Below are positions 34,680 to 44,359 of a stretch of 64,000 bases of DNA, piece after piece. Each line of letters starts with the position of its first letter. Position 1 is the stretch's first letter. The position numbers and the translations under genes are program-made. Under the pieces are notes generated by a model, which was not told the origin of the DNA, did no database searches, and saw only the letters and a program-made list of their open reading frames with translations. The DNA is from an uncultured Synergistales bacterium (GTDB lineage Bacteria; Synergistota; Synergistia; Synergistales; Aminobacteriaceae), in assembly GCA_905233215.1 (NCBI GenBank), contig CAJODC010000002.1, positions 11,013-75,012 of the forward strand, given 5' to 3'.

Positions 34680-36290
34680 ATGCAGGACAAATTCAAGAGC
34701 AGTACCGTTTACCAGATATACATAAAATCTTTCTGCGACTCAAACGGAGACGGTATCGGCGACATTAACGGAATCCGCTCTAAGCTGCCCTACATAAAAT
34801 CGCTCGGTGTCAAATACATTTGGGTTACTCCGTTCTTCTGCTCGCCTATGGCTGACAACGGCTATGATGTTTCGGACTACAGGAACGTCAACCCTATGTT
34901 CGGAACTATGGAGGACTGCGAGAAAATGATCGCTGAGGCCGATGCTTTGGGAATGGGATTCATGTTCGACATGGTATTCAATCACACGTCAGACGAACAC
35001 GAATGGTTCAAAAAAGCGTTGGCAGGAGACCCGGAATACATCGACTACTACATATTCAGGGACAATCCGCCGGAATGGACATCAATATTCGGCGGTTCAG
35101 CGTGGAAGTTCGTTCCTTCACTCGGTAAATCGTATCTTCATTTGTTCGACCCAAAGCAGCCCGATCTGAATTGGGACAATCCGAAAGTCAGGGAAGAACT
35201 GAAAGACGTTGTGAGATTCTGGAAGGCTAAAGGCGTTAAGGGCTTCCGCTTTGACGTTCTCAACAGAATCTCAAAGCCTGCTGACCTAGAGTCGCTGCCG
35301 TCAGGAAACGGAGGAGCATTCTGCAAGGACGGTCCGCACGTTCACGAGTACATTCAGGAACTTGTGAGGGATACGGGAATCGGCGACATGATTACAGTCG
35401 GCGAAATGGCATCAACGACTCTTGAGCAGTGCATAAGATATTCATCGCCTGAGAGTCATGAGCTTTCGATGTGTTTCAACTTTCATCATCTCAAGGTTGA
35501 CTACAAGGACGGCGACAAATGGACTCTAATGCCTCCCGACCTCAAGGAGTTACGGCGAATTTTCTCCGAATGGCAGGAGGGAATGTCGAAGGCCGGGAGC
35601 TGGCAGGCGTTGTTCTGGTGCAATCATGACCAGCCGAGAGTCGTTTCACGTTTCGGCGATGAGGTGAAGTACTGGAAGGAGTCGGCGAAAATGCTGGCAA
35701 CGTTCATTCACTTTCTGAGGGGAACACCGTACATCTATCAGGGCGAGGAACTTGGAATGACCAACGCTCACTTCAACAGCATCTCTCAGTATCAGGACGT
35801 TGAAGCCTTGAACTATTACGAAATCATGAGGGACAAAGGAGTCTCGGAGTTTGACGCACTGAAGGTCTTAGCCTCGAAATCACGAGACAACGGACGGACA
35901 CCGATGCAGTGGAACTCAGGACACGGAGCAGGCTTCACTGACGGCGAGTCATGGCTCGGCATTCCGATGAATTACACTCGCATCAACGTTGAGACAGAAG
36001 AGCATGACCCCGACTCTATCCTGAAATATTACAGGCACTTAGTGAAGCTCAGGAAGGAATACAGGGTTATTGCTGACGGCGATGTTAAATTTCTCGACAC
36101 TGGAAACGATAACGTCATCGCTTATGAGCGCACGTCAGGCACTGAACGACTCGTAGTAATCTGCAACTTCAGCGGTAATGACGAGAAAGTTACGGGCATC
36201 GACATCAAAGGCAGAGTCCTAATCGGCAACTATTCAGGCACTCACAGAATGATGAAACCTTATGAAGTTCTCGCAATCCTTCAGGCGTGA
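34680..36290 (+). CDS. treC: Alpha,alpha-phosphotrehalase (trehalose-6-phosphate hydrolase), GH13
   Basis: Start taken at the ATG at 34680 (GGAG 9 nt upstream). VYQIYIKSF, DMVFNHTSDEH, GFRFDVLN, VGEM, FNFHHLKVDY..GDKWTL, FWCNHDQPRVVSRFGDE, GTPYIYQGEELGMTN and SRDNGRTPMQW closely follow recalled E. coli TreC. Confidence 0.85.
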   Translation: MQDKFKSSTVYQIYIKSFCDSNGDGIGDINGIRSKLPYIKSLGVKYIWVTPFFCSPMADNGYDVSDYRNVNPMFGTMEDCEKMIAEADALGMGFMFDMVFNHTSDEHEWFKKALAGDPEYIDYYIFRDNPPEWTSIFGGSAWKFVPSLGKSYLHLFDPKQPDLNWDNPKVREELKDVVRFWKAKGVKGFRFDVLNRISKPADLESLPSGNGGAFCKDGPHVHEYIQELVRDTGIGDMITVGEMASTTLEQCIRYSSPESHELSMCFNFHHLKVDYKDGDKWTLMPPDLKELRRIFSEWQEGMSKAGSWQALFWCNHDQPRVVSRFGDEVKYWKESAKMLATFIHFLRGTPYIYQGEELGMTNAHFNSISQYQDVEALNYYEIMRDKGVSEFDALKVLASKSRDNGRTPMQWNSGHGAGFTDGESWLGIPMNYTRINVETEEHDPDSILKYYRHLVKLRKEYRVIADGDVKFLDTGNDNVIAYERTSGTERLVVICNFSGNDEKVTGIDIKGRVLIGNYSGTHRMMKPYEVLAILQA

Positions 36291-36307
36291 TTGACGTGAA
36301 AATTTGG

Positions 36308-36342
36308 GCGTTCCTGTCAAATTGAGGGGACGCTCTTTTTTT
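36308..36342 (+). terminator. Rho-independent terminator after treC
   Basis: Stem GCGTTCC (36308-36314) / GGGACGC (36327-36333, one G-U pair) followed by TCTTTTTTT. Confidence 0.65.
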
Positions 36343-36397
36343 GTAGTACAATACCTGAAAATTTTGTGTTGAAAGAATTTATCGAGGAGCTGAACTA

Positions 36398-37444
36398 ATG
36401 AACAAAATAAAATTTGAGACCGATTATCAGGAAGGAGCATCACCCGAAGTTCTCAGGCTCTTAACCGTAACCAACCTTGAGCAGACTTCAGGCTATGGCG
36501 ATGACGTTCACTGTCAGCGTGCAAAGTCCCTCATCAGAAAGGAAGCCGACAAGCCCGACTCAGCCGTCTACTTCATGGCCGGAGGCACTCAGACCAACAC
36601 GACAGTCATTAAGCACCTTCTCACGCCCTGCGAGGGAGTCATCTCAGTGTCAACAGGACACATAAACGTTCACGAGTCAGGAGCGATTGAGTCGACCGGC
36701 CATAAAGTCATAACACTTGAAGGCGTTGACGGCCTGATGACCGCTGAGAGTATTCGTGAATACATGACAGCGTTCAATGCCGACCCAACGAATGAACACA
36801 TGGTACAGCCCGGCATGGTATATGTGTCTTACTCGTCAGAACTTGGGACTCTCTACACTAAGAAGGGACTCGCTGAAATAAAATCAGTGTGTGAAGATTT
36901 CGGATTGAAACTTTTTGTTGACGGCGCAAGGCTCGGAGCTGCTGTTACGGCTGAAGGTTCTGACATTGACATAAAGACTCTCGCTGAACTCTGCGATGTG
37001 TTTTACATCGGAGGCACTAAGAACGGAGCGTTGTTCGGTGAAGCTGTAGTGTTCCCGAAACCTGAGACGGTCAACCTCAGACAGTTCACAACTATCATCA
37101 AACAGCAGGGAGGACTCTTGGCGAAGGGGAGGCTGCTTGGGTTACAGTTTGAGGCACTGTTTGAGGACGGCTTGTATTACCGCAACGCTAAACACGCAAA
37201 CACTCAGGCCATGAAGATTAAACAGGCTTTCAACGAGAAGGGAATACCATTCCTGATTGACTCGCCGACAAATCAACAGTTCCCGATTCTGACAAGTGAA
37301 CAGAATGATGAGCTGTCAAAAAATTTCAGCTATGAGTCATGGCAGCCGTTAGAGGACGGAAGAGTCGCCGTTAGATTCTGCACGAGCTGGGCGACTGCTG
37401 ACGAAAGTGTTGACAAACTGGTACAATCAATAAAACAACTATAA
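36398..37444 (+). CDS. Threonine aldolase / beta-eliminating lyase family PLP enzyme
   Basis: 348 aa. DYQEGASPEVL, GGTQTN, DGARL, GGTKNG (PLP lysine). Confidence 0.7.
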   Translation: MNKIKFETDYQEGASPEVLRLLTVTNLEQTSGYGDDVHCQRAKSLIRKEADKPDSAVYFMAGGTQTNTTVIKHLLTPCEGVISVSTGHINVHESGAIESTGHKVITLEGVDGLMTAESIREYMTAFNADPTNEHMVQPGMVYVSYSSELGTLYTKKGLAEIKSVCEDFGLKLFVDGARLGAAVTAEGSDIDIKTLAELCDVFYIGGTKNGALFGEAVVFPKPETVNLRQFTTIIKQQGGLLAKGRLLGLQFEALFEDGLYYRNAKHANTQAMKIKQAFNEKGIPFLIDSPTNQQFPILTSEQNDELSKNFSYESWQPLEDGRVAVRFCTSWATADESVDKLVQSIKQL

Positions 37445-37456
37445 ACAGGAGAAACA

Positions 37457-40123
37457 ATGACTACAAGAAAACGCAACAGGAATTTAGACAAGAGTTACAC
37501 GCCCGATAACATCGAGAAGAAATGGTATGACGAATGGATTTCACACGGTCTCTTCAACGCTGAAATCAACCCAGACGCAAAAGCGTTCTCAATCGTAATT
37601 CCTCCGCCGAACGTAACAGGCTCGCTTCATGTCGGACACGCATTTGACCACACGTTTCAGGACATAATGTGCCGAACAAAGCGCATGGAAGGTTACAGCG
37701 TCTTGTGGCTTCCCGGAACTGACCACGCAGGCATCGCAACACAGAATGTTGTAGAGAAGGATTTAGCGAAGAAGGGAATCTCACGTTACGATTTAGGGCG
37801 TGAAGAGTTTGTGAAAAAAGTCTGGGAATGGAAAAAGATTTACGGCTCCCGGATAATCGAACAGATGAAGAGACTCGGCAACTCCTGCGACTGGAGGCGT
37901 GAGAGATTCACGCTTGATGAAGGACTCTCAAGGGCAGTGAGGGCAGTTTTTGTGAGACTGTACGAGAAGGGACTGATTTACAGAGGCAAGTATATTGTCA
38001 ACTGGTGTCCGAGATGCGCAACGGCGATTTCGGATCTTGAGGTTGAATACGAAGATCAGGAAGGCAGCTTCTACTATGTCAAGTACCCTCTTACTGATGC
38101 TGAAGGTTATATTCTTGTCGCAACAACAAGACCTGAAACAATCATCGGAGATGTCGCTATAGCCGTTCACCCTCGTTCAGAAAAGTACAAGCACCTCATC
38201 GGAAAACATGTTCGAGTCCCGTTGACTGACCGAGTGATTCCTATCATTGAGGACAATATGGTTGACCCTGAGTTCGGTACAGGCTGCGTGAAGATTACGC
38301 CCGCTCATGATCCGAATGACTTTCTTGTCGGACTGAATCACAATCTCGAACAAATACAGGTAATCGACTCACGAGGAATAATGAACGAGAACGCCGGAAA
38401 GTATCAGGGAATGACAATCGAAGAGGCTCGCAAAGAGTCAGCCAAAGACCTTGAAGGACTCGGCTTGTTGGTCAAGACTGAGAAAATCTCTCACTCTGTC
38501 GGACACTGCCAGCGATGCGGAACAACTGTTGAGCCTTACTTGTCAGAACAATGGTTCGTGAAGACCAAGCCGCTTGCTGAACGAGGAGTGCAGGCGGTGA
38601 AAGACGGCCGAATCAAGTGGACACCGGAACAGTGGGAGAAGACATATTTCAACTGGATGGAGAATATCCGGGACTGGTGCATATCGCGTCAATTATGGTG
38701 GGGACACAGAATCCCTGCTTGGGAATGCAAGGACTGCGGACACATTACAGTGGCGGAAATTGACCCGACAGAATGCGAACACTGCCACAGCCACAACATC
38801 GAACAGGAAAGCGATGTACTTGATACGTGGTTCAGTTCAGCGTTGTGGCCGTTCTCGACGATGGGCTGGCCTGACGATAAGCCCGAACTGAAATATTTTT
38901 ATCCGACATCGCTAATGGTAACGGGCTTCGACATAATATTTTTCTGGGTCGCAAGAATGATCATGATGGGACTCGAATTTATGGACGATGTACCATTCAG
39001 GGACGTATACATTCATTCACTCATCAGGGACGAACACGGAAAGAAAATGAGCAAGACGAAAGGCAACGTCATCGACCCTCTTGTGATGATCGAGAAGTAT
39101 GGAGCTGACGCTTTGAGAATGACGCTTGCTGCGTTGTCGGTACAGGGAAGGGACATTCTGTTATCGTCAACAAGAATCGAGACGTACAGATTCTTCATGA
39201 ACAAGTTGTGGAACGCTTCACGATTCGCATTGATGAATCTTGATGACGAAGTGAGAGGGATTGACGCGGACCAGTTAGAGCTTCACGACAAGTTCATTCT
39301 CACACGGGCTCAGGAAATGGCAAGGAGCGTCCGTGAACAGATCGACTCTTACGACATAGGGACAGCGGCAAGAGGGCTTTATGATTTTGTTTGGGGCGAC
39401 TTGTGCGACTGGTACGTTGAGATGAGCAAATCGGCACTCAAAGGCGATGAAGGCGAAGCGAGGAAGCACACGACACAGGGAGTGCTTGAGCATGTATTCA
39501 GGACAGTGTTGCCGTTACTGCACCCGTTCATACCTTTCGTGACTGAAGAGTTATGGGCTGCTTTCGGCTTCAACGATGATTACATAATGCGCTCGTCATG
39601 GCCTGAGCCTGTGAAGGAGTACGAATTTGACGGCGTTGTTGACGAGATGAAAGTGTTTCAGGAGACTGTGAGAACTTTGCGAAACTTGAGGGCAGAAGCA
39701 CACGTTCCGCCACAGAAGAGACTCTCTAAGGCGGTAATCAGAGTCAGTTCTGGGACTAAGACGGCTGAAATTCTGAGAGCGTCATTGAGTCAGGTTGAGG
39801 GACTGTGCAAGGTTGACGATGTGATTCTTGAGGAACCGTCAAGCGAATGGGGCTATGGGCCTTCACTGTCGAGTGTCTGCGGTGATGCTGAAGTGAAACT
39901 GCCTGTAGGCGATGTTCTTGATGTGCCTGAGGAGATCAAAAGGCTTGAGAAGGACATAACAGCGATTGAGAAAGCTGTAGCGTCAAGCGAGGCGAGATTG
40001 TCGAAGGCTGATTTTGTTTCTCGTGCGCCTGCTGAAGTTGTCGAGAAGGAACGCGGCAAAGTCTCTGAAGGCAAAGCACAGATTGAGAGGCTCAGGGCTA
40101 ATCTTGAGAGTTTGAGTCGGTAA
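37457..40123 (+). CDS. valS: Valine--tRNA ligase
   Basis: 888 aa. PPPNVTGSLHVGH (HIGH), CP1 editing domain, KMSKTKGN (KMSKS), C-terminal coiled coil. Confidence 0.95.
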   Translation: MTTRKRNRNLDKSYTPDNIEKKWYDEWISHGLFNAEINPDAKAFSIVIPPPNVTGSLHVGHAFDHTFQDIMCRTKRMEGYSVLWLPGTDHAGIATQNVVEKDLAKKGISRYDLGREEFVKKVWEWKKIYGSRIIEQMKRLGNSCDWRRERFTLDEGLSRAVRAVFVRLYEKGLIYRGKYIVNWCPRCATAISDLEVEYEDQEGSFYYVKYPLTDAEGYILVATTRPETIIGDVAIAVHPRSEKYKHLIGKHVRVPLTDRVIPIIEDNMVDPEFGTGCVKITPAHDPNDFLVGLNHNLEQIQVIDSRGIMNENAGKYQGMTIEEARKESAKDLEGLGLLVKTEKISHSVGHCQRCGTTVEPYLSEQWFVKTKPLAERGVQAVKDGRIKWTPEQWEKTYFNWMENIRDWCISRQLWWGHRIPAWECKDCGHITVAEIDPTECEHCHSHNIEQESDVLDTWFSSALWPFSTMGWPDDKPELKYFYPTSLMVTGFDIIFFWVARMIMMGLEFMDDVPFRDVYIHSLIRDEHGKKMSKTKGNVIDPLVMIEKYGADALRMTLAALSVQGRDILLSSTRIETYRFFMNKLWNASRFALMNLDDEVRGIDADQLELHDKFILTRAQEMARSVREQIDSYDIGTAARGLYDFVWGDLCDWYVEMSKSALKGDEGEARKHTTQGVLEHVFRTVLPLLHPFIPFVTEELWAAFGFNDDYIMRSSWPEPVKEYEFDGVVDEMKVFQETVRTLRNLRAEAHVPPQKRLSKAVIRVSSGTKTAEILRASLSQVEGLCKVDDVILEEPSSEWGYGPSLSSVCGDAEVKLPVGDVLDVPEEIKRLEKDITAIEKAVASSEARLSKADFVSRAPAEVVEKERGKVSEGKAQIERLRANLESLSR

Positions 40124-40137
40124 CAAGAAAATTATTT

Positions 40138-40171
40138 CCCCTTCACCGAAAAAGTGAGGGGGAATTTTTTT
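40138..40171 (+). terminator. Rho-independent terminator after valS
   Basis: Stem CCCCTTCAC (40138-40146) / GTGAGGGGG (40154-40162, one G-U pair) followed by AATTTTTTT. Confidence 0.75.
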
Positions 40172-40258
40172 ACGGAGGAAAATTGAACGCCCCATGAAAT
40201 CATGCTAGAATAACAAAAATTTCCGTACTTACCGACATTATGAAAGAGAGTGTAGGCA

Positions 40259-40885
40259 GTGAAGAAATATATTCTTGCGTTACTCACGGTTCTTCTGTTT
40301 TCCGGCGTAGCTTATTCTGACAACATAATTCTCAAACGAGGTACTGAAGTCTTGATCAAGCCTGCTGAGAAAATCAAATCCAATCAGGTGAAATCAGGCC
40401 AGACAATTCGCTTCTTGGTTGAACGTGCTGTGAAAAACGAAAACGGTTTCACCATGATAGAGCGTGGAGCGTTCGCTTACGGAAAAATCACAAGGGCTTC
40501 ATCTGCCGGAATGATCGGTGCTAAAGGTTCGTTGAGTTTCTCGATTGACTCTGTCGAAGCCTTCAACGGTCAGATTATCCCACTGACAGGACATCAGGAC
40601 ACTGACGGCTCAAGCAGTACAGGTGTCGTTGTGGTCAGCGCAATTTTTCTGACTCCTCTTGCACTGCTCTTCAGAGGCGCGAACGCTGTCATTGACCCCC
40701 GAACTATATACCCTGTCTACGTGGCTGAGACTACCGTTCTTGAGGGCGATTTCATCGGTGTGCCAGACGGAACATCAAGTCAGGTGTCATCATTGTCATC
40801 TTCGTCTTCAGGAGGAAACAGCGAAATCAGCAGTATGCTTGAAAATTACAGGCAGAAAAAAGAAGAAAGAAAGAGAAAGAACTAA
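40259..40885 (+). CDS. Secreted/periplasmic hypothetical protein with a Ser-rich, basic C-terminal tail
   Basis: 208 aa with a GTG start and a signal peptide (MKKYILALLTVLLFSGVAYS). A beta-rich body is followed by ..SSLSSSSSGGNSEISS..KKEERKRKN. No family recognised. Confidence 0.5.
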   Translation: MKKYILALLTVLLFSGVAYSDNIILKRGTEVLIKPAEKIKSNQVKSGQTIRFLVERAVKNENGFTMIERGAFAYGKITRASSAGMIGAKGSLSFSIDSVEAFNGQIIPLTGHQDTDGSSSTGVVVVSAIFLTPLALLFRGANAVIDPRTIYPVYVAETTVLEGDFIGVPDGTSSQVSSLSSSSSGGNSEISSMLENYRQKKEERKRKN

Positions 40886-41532
40886 TGTCAAAAAAATTAT
40901 CCGCAATCATTCTCGCTGTGATTTACGCTCTTTGCGGTCAGGCTTCTTTCGGCGAGACTTACAACAGCGTTAAAGACAAAGGAGCCGAACTTGCTGACAC
41001 AATCTCTTACTTGGCCTCTCAGATCATCACGAACAATAAACACGTTCTTCAGGTCAAACTTACCAAGAACGAACGCACTCATGATGTCGGCGGAAAGTCT
41101 GTCGTCTCGCCTTACACTCTCAATAGAATTTGGGCTAAAGATAGTACTGTTGTCTGCGGCTGCGCTAAGAAGGACAAGAAATTTGAAGTCGAACACATGG
41201 TCACAAACGATAATAAATTCTTCTTCGCCGGTGGGATTCACGTTGGCGATGATTTAGGAGTGTTCACTGAATTTTTGGGCGTTCCGTTGACAGAAGCCGC
41301 TGAATTGTGCGAAGGAAGGGGCGCAGGCTGGGAGATTAACCACACGTCAAAAGGCGGTACGGTAACGTGGAACTCTGCTTCAGAAGCTGCCGATTCGTTC
41401 GTCCTCTATTACAACGAGAAGGGCGTAATCACTCAAATAGAATACTTCACCAACAAATCATACATGCCGGTTTCCGATAACGCTCTTGACTTCTTCGAGT
41501 CAAAACTGAGAGAACTGAGAATATTCCGCTGA
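40885..41532 (+). CDS. Secreted hypothetical protein
   Basis: 215 aa with a signal peptide (MSKKLSAIILAVIYALCGQASFG). TAATG coupling with the preceding gene. No family recognised. Confidence 0.5.
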   Translation: MSKKLSAIILAVIYALCGQASFGETYNSVKDKGAELADTISYLASQIITNNKHVLQVKLTKNERTHDVGGKSVVSPYTLNRIWAKDSTVVCGCAKKDKKFEVEHMVTNDNKFFFAGGIHVGDDLGVFTEFLGVPLTEAAELCEGRGAGWEINHTSKGGTVTWNSASEAADSFVLYYNEKGVITQIEYFTNKSYMPVSDNALDFFESKLRELRIFR

Positions 41533-41534
41533 CA

Positions 41535-42074
41535 TCATATGCTCCGCCACAATGTTGTCAAAAATTCACCGAAGCTCTTAACCGTAAACGTTCTCAACAT
41601 GAAAGCTATCAGGGAAATTACGACACAGCAAAAAACAAAGCTCTTCTCTCCTCGACTCATCTCTCCAGCCTTCTTGGCCATGTGGAAAACATGAGTGCCG
41701 ATACTCCTCTTCCACGGCAAAAGAAACGGCACTGTCCCGCACCAAGCGTCTTCAAGAATGTGAAGCACACAGCCCATCAGCCAGAACCCAGCGCATGACC
41801 ATACGTCAAAATGCGCGTTCTTCCCGTCAACCAAAGCCGACAATCTCGGCACTATCCACCCTGAACGCTCAAAGCACACCAACGCCATCACCAGCCACGG
41901 AATAAACCAGTGTGTATAACGCCTGTGATACCTGTTGCGCCTCTTGCCGAAAAATACATACTCTGACGAATCAGGAAACGTACTCCCAAGAAAACTGAAC
42001 ACCGCTGCCACAGGTGAACCAGTTGCACCAAGAACAAATGAAAATGTCGATAATCTATGTCCCTTTCCCGTCAT
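41535..42074 (-). CDS. Membrane-bound metal-dependent hydrolase, YdjM/YbcI (DUF457)-like
   Basis: 179 aa with an N-terminal GKGH, four hydrophobic helices and conserved His/Asp (HRRYTHW, HILED). Tentative family call. Confidence 0.5.
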   Translation of the reverse strand: MTGKGHRLSTFSFVLGATGSPVAAVFSFLGSTFPDSSEYVFFGKRRNRYHRRYTHWFIPWLVMALVCFERSGWIVPRLSALVDGKNAHFDVWSCAGFWLMGCVLHILEDAWCGTVPFLLPWKRSIGTHVFHMAKKAGEMSRGEKSFVFCCVVISLIAFMLRTFTVKSFGEFLTTLWRSI

Positions 42075-42889
42075 GATTTGACTCTCTCCAGAATTTTCAC
42101 AAGTATTAGTATCATTACGTTTGACAGAATTACACCGGCTCCGGCAGGTATGTTCACGATGAACGAGAGCATTAACCCCGAAACAAACGCCGTCAATGAC
42201 AACAAGCCCGAAATTATTACGAGCGAAAGGAAGCCTCTTGCTATGATTTTCGCTGACACTGCCGGTAGTATTATCACTCCTGAAATCAATAGCGTTCCCG
42301 TTATCCTCATTCCCATCACTACGACAAGTGCCGTCAATATTGACACAATAAGCTCGTAAATTGACGTGTTTATACCAAGTGAACGGGCGTAATCTTCATT
42401 GTAGGTTATCAGAAAAAGCCTGTTGTAAAGCAAAGTGAAAACAAAAATCACTACCGCCGAAAATATCACCGACAAAATCAAATCTCCCTCGCTCACTGCA
42501 AGAACGCTCCCGAACAAGTAAGCACTCATGTTTGACGATTTCCCTGAAATTGATGATACCGCTATTCCCAACGCCAGCGCAGCCGATGAAGCGATCGCTA
42601 TCGCCGTGTCTCCTGCCGTTCTGTACTTTCGGCTGATGAATATTATCACGAACGATGCGGCTATGACTGACGGTGCAGCTATCATCATGGGCTGAACGTT
42701 CAGGACTCCCGACAATGAGAGCGATGCGAAACCGATCTCACTCAATCCGTGACCGATGAGCGAATAGTGTTTCAACACCAGTATGACTCCCAAGACTGAA
42801 GCACAGACGGAGATTAACGACCCTGCGATTAACGCCCTGTAAGCGAAAGGATACGTCAGAATTTCGAGAATTTCATTCATGGCCTGCAA
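42071..42889 (-). CDS. Metal (Zn/Mn/Fe) ABC transporter permease, ABC-3 family
   Basis: 272 aa polytopic protein in the ZnuB/TroC/MntB-like pattern. It overlaps both neighbours within an SBP-ATPase-permease operon. Confidence 0.85.
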   Translation of the reverse strand: MQAMNEILEILTYPFAYRALIAGSLISVCASVLGVILVLKHYSLIGHGLSEIGFASLSLSGVLNVQPMMIAAPSVIAASFVIIFISRKYRTAGDTAIAIASSAALALGIAVSSISGKSSNMSAYLFGSVLAVSEGDLILSVIFSAVVIFVFTLLYNRLFLITYNEDYARSLGINTSIYELIVSILTALVVVMGMRITGTLLISGVIILPAVSAKIIARGFLSLVIISGLLSLTAFVSGLMLSFIVNIPAGAGVILSNVMILILVKILERVKS

Positions 42890-43505
42890 TCCTTCCGTGT
42901 GAGATTCGGATTATCCTTGCTCCGCTGATGCCGTCAATGTCTGAAACGTCATGTGTCACCATCACTACAGCACAGCCTTCAGCGAGAAGAGTCCGAAGTA
43001 TTCCGAACAACACTTCATGACTCTGAGCGTCAAGCCCTGCGCAGGGTTCGTCAAGAACTAACAGCTCAGGTTCTCCGCAAAGGGCACGAGCCAAAAATAC
43101 ACGTCTCAACTGTCCGCCCGATAACGTCCGAATCTGTTTGTCGGCAAGAGCGTCAATGCCCAAAAGTTTCATGGCCTTCTCAGCGTTGAGCCTGTCGCTT
43201 TTCGTGTGGAATAATTTTCCCGGTCTCTGCGTTCCAGTCAAAACTATTTCGGCGACACTGGCAGGAAAATCACGGTCAGCCTCTTCGTATTGCGGAACAT
43301 AACCCATTTTCCCGGTGCGTTCGACAGTGCCTGACGATAACGGAAGAAGCCCGGCGATTCCTTTGGTCAGCGTTGACTTTCCCGAACCGTTCGCACCCGT
43401 TATGAATATCATCTCGCCAGCTTTGGCCGTCAGAGTTATTCCGTTGACCGCCCGAACATCTCCGTACTTTATCACAGCGTCCGTCAGCCTTAATCTTTCA
43501 GTCAT
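42873..43505 (-). CDS. Metal ABC transporter ATP-binding protein (ZnuC-like)
   Basis: 210 aa. GANGSGKST, LSGGQLRRV, LVLDEP, H-loop VTHD. Confidence 0.85.
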   Translation of the reverse strand: MTERLRLTDAVIKYGDVRAVNGITLTAKAGEMIFITGANGSGKSTLTKGIAGLLPLSSGTVERTGKMGYVPQYEEADRDFPASVAEIVLTGTQRPGKLFHTKSDRLNAEKAMKLLGIDALADKQIRTLSGGQLRRVFLARALCGEPELLVLDEPCAGLDAQSHEVLFGILRTLLAEGCAVVMVTHDVSDIDGISGARIIRISHGRIAGHE

Positions 43506-44316
43506 TCATGGCCTCTTGAACGTGATGATAATTTTCCGTCATCATGCCGATAAACGTTGTGTCAGTGTCGGGGACATTGTGTCCTGTCGCAAAAGTGAGT
43601 ATCTCCGCTCCTGATTGACTGCTGATTTCTCTTGTTACCGGCGGGATTGCTCCCGTGTCCGTGAAAATGTAGCGTGTCTTGTGTTCTTTGATGTATCTCA
43701 AAATTTCGGCCATTCTTTTTACTGACGGCTCATTTTCGCCATCGTAAGCACTCACATAATCAAAGCCGTAACGCCTCATGAAGTAACCTGCTGAAAACTC
43801 TCCGGCAAAGACTAGAGCTTTATTCTTCTTCATGTTCATGAACTTAGCGTCAATTTCGTCAAGCCTTTCACAGAATTTGTCGTAATTATCACGGTATGAG
43901 CTTGAATTTTCCGGGTCAACAGAGCAGAGAGCCTCAAGAATGTTTTTTGCCATCTTCTTTGACAGGGAAATATCAAGCCACACATGAGGATCATTATTGA
44001 CAAGGGCAATTCCTTCGGAGGCGTTGACTTTCTTTGTGTGTGGAAGCGAAATTTTCGCGCTCCATGCTTCCATCTCAACACTTGTGAAAACGAAAACGTC
44101 AGAATCATTCAGAGCCTTAATATCTCTCGGAGACGGTTCGTATTCATGAGGTTCAATGCCCGGAGGAAGCAATAATTTCACGTCAGCAAGAGTGCCGGTG
44201 ATGCTCCTTGTGAAATCGTAAACGGGAAACAAGCTGCAAGTAACCGAAAGACCTGCAAAGGCTCTTGAAGATGTGAGAGAAAAAATTGCGAGAAAAATTA
44301 TTGTCTTGAGTTTCAT
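43498..44316 (-). CDS. Metal ABC transporter substrate-binding protein (ZnuA/TroA cluster 9)
   Basis: 272 aa with a signal peptide, then HEYEPSPRDIKAL and DPHVWLD. There is no long His-rich loop. Confidence 0.85.
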   Translation of the reverse strand: MKLKTIIFLAIFSLTSSRAFAGLSVTCSLFPVYDFTRSITGTLADVKLLLPPGIEPHEYEPSPRDIKALNDSDVFVFTSVEMEAWSAKISLPHTKKVNASEGIALVNNDPHVWLDISLSKKMAKNILEALCSVDPENSSSYRDNYDKFCERLDEIDAKFMNMKKNKALVFAGEFSAGYFMRRYGFDYVSAYDGENEPSVKRMAEILRYIKEHKTRYIFTDTGAIPPVTREISSQSGAEILTFATGHNVPDTDTTFIGMMTENYHHVQEAMND

Positions 44317-44359
44317 AAATTTTACTGTCCTGATAAAAATTTTAGGCTATTATAACAGA

